This document shows positions 28,403 to 37,964 of a stretch of 64,000 nt of DNA, one piece after another. The stretch lies in IMG/VR virus record IMGVR_UViG_3300012274_000094, positions 1 through 64,000 of that record; one strand, written 5' to 3'. Positions within the stretch are counted from its first letter, which is position 1; each line of letters begins with the position of its first letter. The notes under the pieces were generated by a model. That model was given only the letters and a program-made list of their open reading frames with translations. It searched no databases and had not been told where the DNA came from. The translations under genes were made by a program, and so were the position numbers. This DNA comes from an uncultured virus (IMG/VR IMGVR_UViG_3300012274_000094). Lineage: Duplodnaviria; Heunggongvirae; Uroviricota; Caudoviricetes.

Positions 28403-28740
28403 TGATCACAGCTAAGTCAATTTTAGACATGGTTGATTATTGGCTTAATCATCCTGTCAATGGGAAGTATGGGTCTGATTTTGGTGCACCTCTTTACGAT
28501 TTGCTTATGGCTCCACTCGATGCAAGGGTGGCAGATAGCTTTCTAATTAAGATGAAGAAGGATCTGCCTTTATTATCTGAGCTTAATTCTGATCAATTAG
28601 CGCTTTACTCAGAAACAGAAGGTTTTGAGACGATCCATATTTATCTAAACATCATGAATGTGCCTATTGATCTTAACCAAGTAGCAGATCGACTAAGTAA
28701 ACCAGTAACAGGTGAGACATATGACATTAACGCAAGCTAA
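28402..28740 (+). CDS. Baseplate wedge/sheath initiator (gp25-like)
   Basis: WLNHPVNGKYGSDFG; precedes baseplate J-like gene. Confidence 0.6.
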   Translation: MITAKSILDMVDYWLNHPVNGKYGSDFGAPLYDLLMAPLDARVADSFLIKMKKDLPLLSELNSDQLALYSETEGFETIHIYLNIMNVPIDLNQVADRLSKPVTGETYDINAS

Positions 28741-30166
28741 TTTTGAAGCTCAGCTACAAGCAGCGATAGATGATTATGAGATTCAGGAACGTTACAAAGC
28801 TCAAGATCCACTAGTCGTTCACCAGCTGCGTTCAATGGCTAGTTTTTTAACTGCATTTGGACCTGAAATCGATATTGCATCAATTGAACCTTTCACAAAA
28901 ACACGTGATCGATCAATTATTGCAGATGCAACTAATAAGGGAATCTTGCCAATCGGGACGCCGTGCCAACACTTAGTAGAAATCATAAATCGGTCAACAA
29001 ATGCTGTTAGCTTAAGCCAAGGGCGAATGATTGAAGACCATAGCGGCGGTAGAGTATGGCGGTTACTTCAATCAATTACAGTTAAAGCTGGTGAAACGGC
29101 GGAAGTAATTGCAGAACAAAGTGAATATCGTGAAATAAATTATGTGGTACCAGTAACTGAAGGGTTTCATAAATATCGAATAGATCTTTTAGAGGATCTT
29201 TCACTTGCAAATATTTCCATTAAGCAGGGCAATAATAACTATGTAATTAAGCCACGCTGGATGAATGTTGAGCCTGGTGAATTTGCTGTTACGGTCACTA
29301 CAGATAATCTTAGAAGATTATTTATTGAATTCGGTGATTCTGAGAGAGCAGGTCGAACCCTACAAGCCAATGAAACGGTCACAATCGGTGTACTTGAAAC
29401 TTACGGTGAAGTTGATGCTAATCGTTTAAAAGATGCTGCTTTAATAGATGTATTTACTAATGATGAACAGCGGGTATCGGTACGTTTTAAAGCTGGTGGA
29501 CTGATTAGAGAGGGAGTAGATCCGTTAGCTGTATCGGAATTGCGTTTATTATCAAGCTATCCATCACTTTACGATGAAGATGCGGTATTTCTCGGTAACT
29601 TTGACTATGTAGTTCGTAAAAAGTTCATGAAGCGGGCTCAATTTATTTCTGTTTGGAATGAAACGCTTCAAGAGCAACACTTTGCAATCACATACCGTGA
29701 CATTAATCATTTAAATCTTGTGGTGGTTGCGAAGAATCCAGCAGAACAAGATGTCTTAGAACAAGATATCTGTCGATATATAGGTTTTTGCGATAACTTG
29801 TATGAAGGTAAGGTTAATGTACATGAAGTAGTTGAAAAGCCATTACCAATAGTAATCACTGGCACATTAGCCTCAGTACATAATACCGATATGGTCAAAA
29901 CCCAGATCATTGAATTACTAGTTGAGCGCTATGGCCGTGAAGCACTTAGCTCAAGCCGTTGGTTAGTGAATGGTTTTAATAGTCAAGAAATGTCAAAGCT
30001 GATTAATGACAATATCGTTGCTTTCCAAGACCGGATGAGCGATTTCTCCATTAAACTTTCAAATGAGATTAATAAGCCTAATGAATGGGTTTACATCACT
30101 AAGGACAGCATTGTAGTAAATATGGAGCGTACAGCTGATATTTCGGGGGCAACATGGACCCTATAA
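28721..30166 (+). CDS. Baseplate J-like protein (P1 BplA-like)
   Basis: EPF..RSIIADA; IEFGDSERAG; GVDPLAVSELR. Confidence 0.7.
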   Translation: MTLTQANFEAQLQAAIDDYEIQERYKAQDPLVVHQLRSMASFLTAFGPEIDIASIEPFTKTRDRSIIADATNKGILPIGTPCQHLVEIINRSTNAVSLSQGRMIEDHSGGRVWRLLQSITVKAGETAEVIAEQSEYREINYVVPVTEGFHKYRIDLLEDLSLANISIKQGNNNYVIKPRWMNVEPGEFAVTVTTDNLRRLFIEFGDSERAGRTLQANETVTIGVLETYGEVDANRLKDAALIDVFTNDEQRVSVRFKAGGLIREGVDPLAVSELRLLSSYPSLYDEDAVFLGNFDYVVRKKFMKRAQFISVWNETLQEQHFAITYRDINHLNLVVVAKNPAEQDVLEQDICRYIGFCDNLYEGKVNVHEVVEKPLPIVITGTLASVHNTDMVKTQIIELLVERYGREALSSSRWLVNGFNSQEMSKLINDNIVAFQDRMSDFSIKLSNEINKPNEWVYITKDSIVVNMERTADISGATWTL

Positions 30167-30768
30167 ACTTTACACGTCCTATTGATGAACACTATGTTAA
30201 TGCTGGCTTACAAACGGCGCTTTCCAAGGCTTTTAAGCAAGTATTTGCCCAGAATTTTGAGCAGTCTATACAAGACCTACTAGATTACGGCTGTCCGCAT
30301 ATCGGTAGTAAAACAGTTATAGAACGGTTCTCTAAACAAAATGGACTCGTGGTTTTAAGGCGTAATAACACCTCTGATACGTTAATGCGAATTATCTATG
30401 CTAATTGGAGCAGCATGGGTAATAAAAGGGGATTAGCGTTTTTAGAGTTCGTTTTGCGAATGCTTTGGGGGAAAGATCATTATCAAATTATTCGGCTATG
30501 GCATAGCTTGGAAAAGCTAACAGATTATCCAGCTTATTTGTCGGATATTGAGAAGCCAAATTATTTCTTAACTAGTCGGATTAGAATTGTTTTAGATAAA
30601 ACAGTTGATGCAAATGAAGTGGTAGAGCTCTCACCAATATTACGGCGTTTAGTACCAGCCAATATTGTCGTGAAAGTACACTCAATGGCATTTGATAGAG
30701 ATTTAGGCGCGACAAGCTTTGCAGCGGCAATAGCAGCTAAGCCTTATGCAGTCTATAACTTCCTTTAA
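30154..30768 (+). CDS. Baseplate wedge protein (gpI-like)
   Basis: KRGLAFLEFVL..LRRLVPA; synteny. Confidence 0.6.
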   Translation: MDPINFTRPIDEHYVNAGLQTALSKAFKQVFAQNFEQSIQDLLDYGCPHIGSKTVIERFSKQNGLVVLRRNNTSDTLMRIIYANWSSMGNKRGLAFLEFVLRMLWGKDHYQIIRLWHSLEKLTDYPAYLSDIEKPNYFLTSRIRIVLDKTVDANEVVELSPILRRLVPANIVVKVHSMAFDRDLGATSFAAAIAAKPYAVYNFL

Positions 30769-30774
30769 TTAGAT

Positions 30775-30839
30775 TGGAACTGTTGAGTTAGCGCTCAAAT
30801 ACAAAATGATTTCATAGTCCTGTTCATTAGTTCAGGACT
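30775..30839 (+). promoter_or_regulatory. Late-type promoter + hairpin
   Basis: TGGAAC-N29-TTTCAT(30810, weak -10); AGTCCTG/CAGGACT. Confidence 0.6.
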
Positions 30840-30846
30840 TTTTTAT

Positions 30847-31305
30847 ATGCAACAAGCTCAAGAAAATGTTTTAGTAGGAATCGCAGAACCTATCAATGGT
30901 CAAGGAGAAAACTTATTAATTGATCATTTCTTAGGATATGCAAACCAAGAATTAGAACCACAAGAAATTGATAAAGTTGTAAATGGGGAAGTGGTAGAGG
31001 GCATTACAGCTTATGCTCAAGGCCATTACTATAAGATTTCAGCAAATCCTGAAACTCAAAATGCAAAAGATTTTGAAATCAGTCTTCATTTTCAGGATGG
31101 CCCAATTCCAGAACATGGTGTGAATGGGGTGACCAGTGAAGCATTGTTAAAAGTACTTATTCACCGTACTAAAACCTTGGATGAAAAGTTCCCAAGTGAG
31201 TTCAACAAACAAGCAATCATTTATATGGAAAGTGCGTTAGAAGAATTCAATAAGCGTACAGCTGAGCGCCGTGCTCGTGGTGTCGAAGGCACTCTTCTTA
31301 AGTAA
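30847..31305 (+). CDS. tad1: Tad1-family anti-defence sponge protein
   Basis: FQDGP..GVNGV..ALL..N..A..E.AL..NKRTAERRARGVEGT resembles the Tad1 C-terminal hairpin. Confidence 0.7.
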   Translation: MQQAQENVLVGIAEPINGQGENLLIDHFLGYANQELEPQEIDKVVNGEVVEGITAYAQGHYYKISANPETQNAKDFEISLHFQDGPIPEHGVNGVTSEALLKVLIHRTKTLDEKFPSEFNKQAIIYMESALEEFNKRTAERRARGVEGTLLK

Positions 31306-31316
31306 TTGGGTGAAGT

Positions 31317-31544
31317 ATGCGATTAAAAATCTTTTGTCGAAAGCGTGGTTGTTCCCAATTAATTGACTTATCTCAAATGGATTGTTTGCAAGTCTCCCAA
31401 AGTGATCATAGAGGCGGTATGGTTAGTGAGAGCTTTTATGATGTTTTTATCTCTCTAAAAAGTGGATACATCTTTGATGCAACTATTGAAGATAAACAAC
31501 ATGACAAACTATTGGAATTGATTGAGTGTGATCAAAAGATTTGA
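31317..31544 (+). CDS. Hypothetical protein
   Basis: Downstream of tad1-like gene. Confidence 0.6.
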   Translation: MRLKIFCRKRGCSQLIDLSQMDCLQVSQSDHRGGMVSESFYDVFISLKSGYIFDATIEDKQHDKLLELIECDQKI

Positions 31545-31546
31545 TC

Positions 31547-31611
31547 TGGAACTGAATAAATTTCGACTATAGAACAATTGAAACAATAGCCTCAATCACA
31601 GCATTGGGGCT
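31547..31611 (+). promoter_or_regulatory. Late-type promoter + hairpin
   Basis: TGGAAC-N29-AACAAT(31582); AGCCTCAAT/ATTGGGGCT. Confidence 0.7.
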
Positions 31612-31617
31612 TTTTTT

Positions 31618-32523
31618 ATGGCTAGCAAAAATAGAAAGACTAAAGTTCTCTCTTACAACCTACATGATCGGTGCCGTAAATATACTGGTGTTGATCGAAG
31701 TAATGTCGATGTTGATGCAATGATCAACCTGATTAATAGTGACTATGTTCAAGAAATGGTTGCTACAAACTCATTGCAAGGTTTTAACGGCCATCACATC
31801 CGACAGCGTTATGGCATGGTACCGCCAGAAACTGTAATCATAAAAGGTAAGTTGGTATATCTTGCACGGGCATTTAAAACTATTAAATTACATGCCTCGA
31901 AAGATGGGACAGTAGAGCATCAAGAAGAGTTCTATGAAAACGAACCTGGTGAATTTGCTTTACAACAATATCAGGCAAAAGCAGGTGGTTTTAGTACATC
32001 AGTAAATTATAAGAATGTCGCTGGCCGTTTAGTCCCTACTGGCTTTTTTGGTTTTGATTTCGTTGCACAACCAAACTATGCAAGTAATGTGGGTGATGGA
32101 CAATTATTTGATGGCTTATTTCTTCCAGAAGAACCTGAAGGTGTTGTTTCTTGCTTTGATAGTGCAACTGATATTTCACAGTTATCACCATCTGAAATTG
32201 TTATTGCTCAACTGCTTGAAGAGCAAATCTTGCAGACGTACGACAATATCAATAGTCAGATTCACCTTTTAAATGAATTGGGTAATGCTCAGGGCTTAGT
32301 CGGTGAATTATCAGAAGTAGTTGATAAGCAAAAACGCGTACAACAACTTAGAGAAGAACGAAAAAAAGAACTCTATACGGGTATGGTCAATCCTGTGAAG
32401 AGTTTTGATTCAGTACAACAACAAGCTGAACAAATCATTCAAAGTTTGGACAATCCAAACGTAAAAGAGAAAGTTAAAAAGCCGAAAAAGTCTTTTGGCA
32501 ATATCTTTAGTGTATGGGGGTAA
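31618..32523 (+). CDS. Head-processing (prohead) protease, P1 Pro-like
   Basis: QE..GFNGH..R, GGFST, GFDFV..PNY. Confidence 0.7.
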   Translation: MASKNRKTKVLSYNLHDRCRKYTGVDRSNVDVDAMINLINSDYVQEMVATNSLQGFNGHHIRQRYGMVPPETVIIKGKLVYLARAFKTIKLHASKDGTVEHQEEFYENEPGEFALQQYQAKAGGFSTSVNYKNVAGRLVPTGFFGFDFVAQPNYASNVGDGQLFDGLFLPEEPEGVVSCFDSATDISQLSPSEIVIAQLLEEQILQTYDNINSQIHLLNELGNAQGLVGELSEVVDKQKRVQQLREERKKELYTGMVNPVKSFDSVQQQAEQIIQSLDNPNVKEKVKKPKKSFGNIFSVWG

Positions 32524-32525
32524 TA

Positions 32526-33329
32526 ATGAAATACCCCAACGATTCGCTTAAATGCATCCAAAACGCTTGGTATAAGCAGCTTGTGAATTTTCGTGCTTCC
32601 TATATGCCAGAGACACAATTAACGACTGACTGGAAATTGAGAGCTATTGGCGATGCTATAAAAGCATGTCCGTCACGGATGATGGACGATTCAGAAGCAA
32701 TGCTATCTGAATACAGAAAAAGCCAAAAGCATGATGAAGTGTCGAAAGTACTTTTACCTGTAATGCTCACTGCAACAGCGCTAACAGACCAACCCCCTGA
32801 TGTTAATCAATTACTGCCAGTACCCGATTTTATTGAAACGGTCATTGATGAGAAGCGGGTAAAAATACGACTGGTACCTACAACTTTACGTGCTCAAATC
32901 GCATTCTTTGCCACTAATCCTAACGATCTGCGTTCAGTTATTGGGCAATTTTGCGCGCACATGTCTAGCAGTGATAACCGTCGTTTTAATGTGCCATTTC
33001 AGCAATGGAATGATCATATCGTTAATTCAACATTCACTGTTTTTGAAAATGAACTATTTCCATCACCAGTCCCTAGCGAAGCAATCAATCTTTCTATCTC
33101 AACTGTAGATATTCAGTTAGTTGGTTACACACCTAACGTCATCGGTTTCGGTGGTCCTTTCGACCAAAACACGGGTAATGGCTATGAACCTGACGGCTCA
33201 GCAACGGAACAGCCCGCAATCAACGACAAAGTTGTAGTGCAAGCTGATCAGTACACATCACTCGATCACCAGCGTGTGAAGGGCGATAGAGAAACAGGTG
33301 AAATTACAGTTGAGCGTATAGATGACTGA
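32526..33329 (+). CDS. Virion structural protein (tail terminator-like?)
   Basis: Late operon position; LPVML..LRAQIAFF. Confidence 0.45.
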   Translation: MKYPNDSLKCIQNAWYKQLVNFRASYMPETQLTTDWKLRAIGDAIKACPSRMMDDSEAMLSEYRKSQKHDEVSKVLLPVMLTATALTDQPPDVNQLLPVPDFIETVIDEKRVKIRLVPTTLRAQIAFFATNPNDLRSVIGQFCAHMSSSDNRRFNVPFQQWNDHIVNSTFTVFENELFPSPVPSEAINLSISTVDIQLVGYTPNVIGFGGPFDQNTGNGYEPDGSATEQPAINDKVVVQADQYTSLDHQRVKGDRETGEITVERIDD

Positions 33330-33522
33330 CTTGATCGATAAAGCACAAGAAAGTGCTGAATATTTACTACAGCAAGAGATTGCTAACCGTTGCCGCTTTG
33401 AGGGCGAATCTGAAAAAGAATGCGTTGAATGTGGTGAAGAGATACCAGAACGACGCCGTGCTTTAGGCGGTGTGAAATTCTGCATTGAATGCCAAACCAA
33501 GTTAGAACGCAAACGGCGCTAA
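33322..33522 (+). CDS. traR: TraR/DksA C4 zinc-finger protein
   Basis: DLIDKA (DxxDxA), CVECGEEIPERRR..CIECQ. Confidence 0.9.
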   Translation: MTDLIDKAQESAEYLLQQEIANRCRFEGESEKECVECGEEIPERRRALGGVKFCIECQTKLERKRR

Positions 33523-33533
33523 GGATAAATGGA

Positions 33534-34046
33534 ATGTCTGAAATTATACGAATTGACAGCCGTGTTGCTGGGTTTTCTGATCAACCAATTCGTCTCATAG
33601 GAGCCGCATTTGCTGATACGGGTGAGCTTGTTATTCAAAAAACTGCCATTTATTCAAATTTACCCGTACCAAGTGATTTAAGAGATCAAACGGTTGTTGT
33701 TACTGACTCACCTGACCAAGTTCAGAATTGGCAATTAAGTTTCAATGCTAAGGACCATTTAGAAGAAGTGATTTCAATTTACCAGGCTCGTTACAGAGCA
33801 AAGTTAATTGAAATTGAACCAAAGCTAAATCAGTACAACCCTAAGAACGTACTTGAAATCCGAAAAGTTGATAAAAACGGTCTTCAACAAGAGTTCGATA
33901 GCAGCAGCTTAAACAACGGCCACATTGCAATCCTATTAGCGGTATGGGCTAGTACGAAAATTGCTAAAGGCCATTCAATTACTGAAGGGATTCAATTTGA
34001 AGAAGATGCTGTAGATCCAACAATGCTTCCTTTTTCATTCTTTTAA
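33534..34046 (+). CDS. Hypothetical protein
   Basis: ORF before terL; start MSEII. Confidence 0.6.
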   Translation: MSEIIRIDSRVAGFSDQPIRLIGAAFADTGELVIQKTAIYSNLPVPSDLRDQTVVVTDSPDQVQNWQLSFNAKDHLEEVISIYQARYRAKLIEIEPKLNQYNPKNVLEIRKVDKNGLQQEFDSSSLNNGHIAILLAVWASTKIAKGHSITEGIQFEEDAVDPTMLPFSFF

Positions 34047-34068
34047 TTATTAATGGTGTTTTTACGGT

Positions 34069-36081
34069 ATGGCTTTATCACCATTAAAAGAAATTCCCGA
34101 ATGGTGGGAACTTTGTGAGCGTTATCGATACGACATCTATGCTTTCGCCGTAGAAGCATTAGGTGTCGAACCAACATGGCAACAAGAATTACTTTTTGAA
34201 TCAATTGCATTTGATGGTAGCCGTACATCAGTAGCATCTGGTCACGGTTGTTTTGGCAAAGGGACATTAATCAAATTAGCCAATGGGGACTTTATCCCAG
34301 TTGAGCGTATTAATTTAAATCATAAGATCCTTGCTGCAGATGGTAAGACAGAACTAGAAGTAGTTAAAACAGTAACCGGTTATCAGGAAATGTACCGGTT
34401 TGAATATGAGAATGGCAAAGCTCATACCTTCAATAAATCACACATCCTTTGCTTAATATCTTTATACGATGGTAACGGCTGGTCCAAGGGAGACAAGATT
34501 GAATTACTTGTTTCTCAATACCTGAACATAAAGCCTGAAAATAGAGAGCAGTTTGCATCTTATAGGCTTATAGATGGTGAATATAAGCCATTAAAAATCA
34601 CATCGGTTGCCGAGCTTGGTGAAGGCAAATATTACGGTTTTGTACTCGATCCAGATCCATTTTTTTTGGGTGAAGATGACTTAGTACTACATAACACTGG
34701 TAAAACGGCCAGTGCCGGTATTGTTGCCTTATGGCATCTCTTGTTTTTTGATGAATCAATCATGATGTTTACTGCCCCGCAGATCGGGCAGTTAAAGAAA
34801 CAAGTCTGGAAAGAAATCAGTATCAATCTAGCACGATTGAAACAAGGGCCTTTGGCATGGCTTGCTGATTATGTCGGGTACCAGTCTGAACTCGTTTACA
34901 TTAAAGGCTATAAAGAAAAATGGTATGTCTTTGCTAAGACAGCACCAAAACATCAACCTACTAACTTAGCTGGTAACCACGGCGATAACTACATGGTCTG
35001 GGTCGATGAGGCCAGCGGTGTAGATGATGCTGTACTTGATGTGGCGTTTGGTGCATTAACTCACGAAGACAACCGTGCTGTAATGACGTCGCAACCTACC
35101 CGTAATGCGGGTATGTTCTATGAGACTCATCACAAGTTAAGTCATCGAGCTGGTGGTGTTTGGATTGCTCTCACATTTAACGGGGAAGAGTCACCACTTG
35201 TTAGTAAGCAATCTTTAGAAGAACAACGGCAGAAGTATGGAAGCCGTGAAGATGCTCAATACAAGATCCGTGTTCTAGGTGAATTCCCAGACTTATCGGA
35301 TGAGTTCTTAATTACCAAACGTCAAACAGAAGAAATGTATGTTGGCGCGAGTATTTTTGAGGATCATCAATTTGGTTATGTCATTACGGTTGACGTTGGT
35401 GGTGGTGTTGGCCGAGACGATTCTGTAATTGTGGTTTCTAAAGTTTGGGGTGAATCTCAATGGGGAGAGCGTGCACGACGAGTAGAAGTTGTTGATATTC
35501 CTCTATGTAAAAATAGAGATGATATTATTGAGCTGTTCGCAAAGATTAATGAGCTACTTTTACAGTATCCAAATGCTAACTTGGTAGTAGATGACAACGG
35601 GGCAGGTAAAGGTTTAGGCCAGTACCTTAAAAAACAAGGTATTTTCTACGTTCCTGTTTATTGGGGCTCACAATGTTTTAGTAATGACAATAGAAAAGAG
35701 TTTACGAATAAACGGTCATTAGCTTATGTGGGTTTGGCTCGAGCAATCGCTAGTGGTCGTTTTAAAATGAAAACGAAGAAACACAACGTGAAAATTAAAG
35801 ACCAATTAATTCACGTTCCATACCGTTTTGATGACTTTGCACGTTACAAAATCTTGAGTAAAGATGAAATGAAACGGATGGGAATTAAGTCGCCCGATTT
35901 GGGTGATGCTTTTGCCTTCTTATTCCTTGAGAACGTTCATTACACAGAAGCTTATGAAACAGTCAATGTTACAGATGATACGCCTGAAGGTCGAGAACAA
36001 GCTGAACGTAAGTCAAGATTCAGTGCTTTAAGAAATGCGGCTGAAAAAGATAATGATCAATCTAGTGGAACTGACCCCTAA
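34069..36081 (+). CDS. terL: Terminase large subunit (P1 PacB-like) containing an intein
   Basis: SGHG|TGKT Walker A, VWVDEA Walker B, TVDVGGG nuclease, SPDLGDA. Confidence 0.92.
   Translation: MALSPLKEIPEWWELCERYRYDIYAFAVEALGVEPTWQQELLFESIAFDGSRTSVASGHGCFGKGTLIKLANGDFIPVERINLNHKILAADGKTELEVVKTVTGYQEMYRFEYENGKAHTFNKSHILCLISLYDGNGWSKGDKIELLVSQYLNIKPENREQFASYRLIDGEYKPLKITSVAELGEGKYYGFVLDPDPFFLGEDDLVLHNTGKTASAGIVALWHLLFFDESIMMFTAPQIGQLKKQVWKEISINLARLKQGPLAWLADYVGYQSELVYIKGYKEKWYVFAKTAPKHQPTNLAGNHGDNYMVWVDEASGVDDAVLDVAFGALTHEDNRAVMTSQPTRNAGMFYETHHKLSHRAGGVWIALTFNGEESPLVSKQSLEEQRQKYGSREDAQYKIRVLGEFPDLSDEFLITKRQTEEMYVGASIFEDHQFGYVITVDVGGGVGRDDSVIVVSKVWGESQWGERARRVEVVDIPLCKNRDDIIELFAKINELLLQYPNANLVVDDNGAGKGLGQYLKKQGIFYVPVYWGSQCFSNDNRKEFTNKRSLAYVGLARAIASGRFKMKTKKHNVKIKDQLIHVPYRFDDFARYKILSKDEMKRMGIKSPDLGDAFAFLFLENVHYTEAYETVNVTDDTPEGREQAERKSRFSALRNAAEKDNDQSSGTDP
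34249..34695 (+). mobile_element. 149-aa mini-intein in TerL Walker A
   Basis: CFGKGT start, FNKSH block B, YYGF..F..VLHN|T end. Confidence 0.9.
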
Positions 36082-36136
36082 TATTACTTTAAGCCATAAC
36101 TACCATAGATCAATAAATCTTATGGGTGGGTTATGG
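36066..36136 (+). promoter_or_regulatory. Late-type promoter + hairpin covering RBS and ATG
   Basis: TGGAAC-N29-TACCAT(36101); CCATAAC/GTTATGG. Confidence 0.7.
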
Positions 36137-37671
36137 TTATTAACTTCTTTTTAACTGACGCAGGTCGGAATGCATTAAATAAAGTAGGCGATGTCGCTAG
36201 TTTTGGTGGGGAATTAACTCATCTTGCTGTTGGTACCAGCAAATTTGATGCATCAGTAGAAGCAAAAAAATTAATTTCTCTTAAAAATGAATTAGCCAGA
36301 TTCTCCCTTAATGGTGGTGGTGTAGATTCTGAAACAGGTACTTTACGCTTTGTAATGAGTATCGAGCCTACATTAACAATGGAAGTGTTTGAGATGGGTA
36401 TATACCTTTCAGATGGCACTTTGCTTGCAGTAGCTTCAACTACAGCCGCTCAATCAATCATGTCTTTACATGCAAACGTAGTAGCAATTGTTACATTCGG
36501 ATTTGTTTTAACTGACGTTAATTTAAAAAACGTAACTATCAAGATTGATCCAAACACACCAATTGCTGTGATGTTGATGAATCAGCACAGCGCAGATGAA
36601 GACCCTCATCCACAATACGGCGCTTTAATTCGTAAACTTATCACTGATCATAATGCACACGAAGATCCACACCCCCAATATGCATTTGAAAAGGATGTAA
36701 AAGCCAAAGACGATGATTTACAACATCAGATAGATGATCTAGATATTGGATCAAAGAACTTGTTACAGCAGTTAATTGATTTCAAGAAGAACTTAGATGC
36801 TCAGTATCCTAAATTGATTGGAGCAGGTGTAAAAATTGGTAGCACTGCAACAATTGAATTAGGTGGCAAAGTTACTGATTTACGTGATTCAAAGTATGCA
36901 ATCCAATTAACCCCCGAAAGTACACATGAAGCATGGAAGCTTACTCGTGCTGAAAAAGGTTTCTCATATGAAGTTTGGGAGCGCTCAGGACAAAACCGCA
37001 TCGGGTATTCAGGTTCTGTGAATTGGACCGTTATTCAGGTAGCTGCAGAAACACTAAACGACGGAAACGGCGATTACACAGTACCTGGTGTTTACATTAT
37101 TCCAATTCAGCCAAAAGAGCTTAAAGAGTTCATTCTAGTTGGCGCTGGTGGAGCTGGTGGCGGCAGTGTGTGGGAAGCCGCAGCATTGGCACACGGTACA
37201 AGCGGAACAGATACACGCCTACGTTTAAATGAAATAGATTTAGCTAGTGTAGGTGGTGGTAAAGGGGGTACAAGTGGTCAGTGGTCAAATGGTAGTGCAT
37301 TCTCAAACGGTGCAGGTGGATTAGCTGGTGCAATTACTGTTACTTCGAGCATTACAGAAATTTCTAGAAAACTCGGTAATGCGGGTACAGCTGCAAACCA
37401 ACAGAATCATAAAGGTGGGGTATCGGTTAGTACTGTATCTAATTGGGGTGCAGGTGGAGATGGTGCCAACGGTGTTGGGGATTTAGGTTGGGGACTTGGT
37501 GGCGGTGGTGCAAGTGGTGGTTTACTCATTTGCCGATATGCTAATTCAACAGAAAAAACTCAGTACATGACTTTAGTTGTCGGCGAAGCTGGTCACACTA
37601 CTGAAAGTAACGGCAACAGCGGTAAAGCGGGAATTGGTGGCTTTGCACGTGTTAGTACTGTTTCAGCATAA
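36133..37671 (+). CDS. Side tail fibre
   Basis: LTDAGR..LAVG..EMGIY N-terminus, DPHPQY x2, Gly-rich C-terminus. Confidence 0.8.
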   Translation: MVINFFLTDAGRNALNKVGDVASFGGELTHLAVGTSKFDASVEAKKLISLKNELARFSLNGGGVDSETGTLRFVMSIEPTLTMEVFEMGIYLSDGTLLAVASTTAAQSIMSLHANVVAIVTFGFVLTDVNLKNVTIKIDPNTPIAVMLMNQHSADEDPHPQYGALIRKLITDHNAHEDPHPQYAFEKDVKAKDDDLQHQIDDLDIGSKNLLQQLIDFKKNLDAQYPKLIGAGVKIGSTATIELGGKVTDLRDSKYAIQLTPESTHEAWKLTRAEKGFSYEVWERSGQNRIGYSGSVNWTVIQVAAETLNDGNGDYTVPGVYIIPIQPKELKEFILVGAGGAGGGSVWEAAALAHGTSGTDTRLRLNEIDLASVGGGKGGTSGQWSNGSAFSNGAGGLAGAITVTSSITEISRKLGNAGTAANQQNHKGGVSVSTVSNWGAGGDGANGVGDLGWGLGGGGASGGLLICRYANSTEKTQYMTLVVGEAGHTTESNGNSGKAGIGGFARVSTVSA

Positions 37672-37684
37672 GTAGGTGGGCAGT

Positions 37685-37963
37685 ATGAGAAATGACTATC
37701 GAAATGCCATTAGGGATTTAATACACCGCAACTTACAACAAAATAATATTCAGAATCTAATCGTTTGGGAGATTAAGGAAGATGAAGCACAAGATCCTTC
37801 ACTCCTAAGCTTCAAGCTCTACGGTTCTAGAAATCAAATTGATGCTGTGCTGGTCGCATGTGGTGCTAATGGGATATGGGAAAAGCTACCTCTTCAAAAA
37901 GTAGCCTTTCCACGGCTCGTTGATCTTTTAAGACTTCAAAAAGAATATTTGCAGGATAATTAA
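37685..37963 (+). CDS. Baseplate gpX/LysM-like protein
   Basis: DPSLLSFKLYG..AVLVACG..LP. Confidence 0.55.
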   Translation: MRNDYRNAIRDLIHRNLQQNNIQNLIVWEIKEDEAQDPSLLSFKLYGSRNQIDAVLVACGANGIWEKLPLQKVAFPRLVDLLRLQKEYLQDN

Positions 37964-37964
37964 T

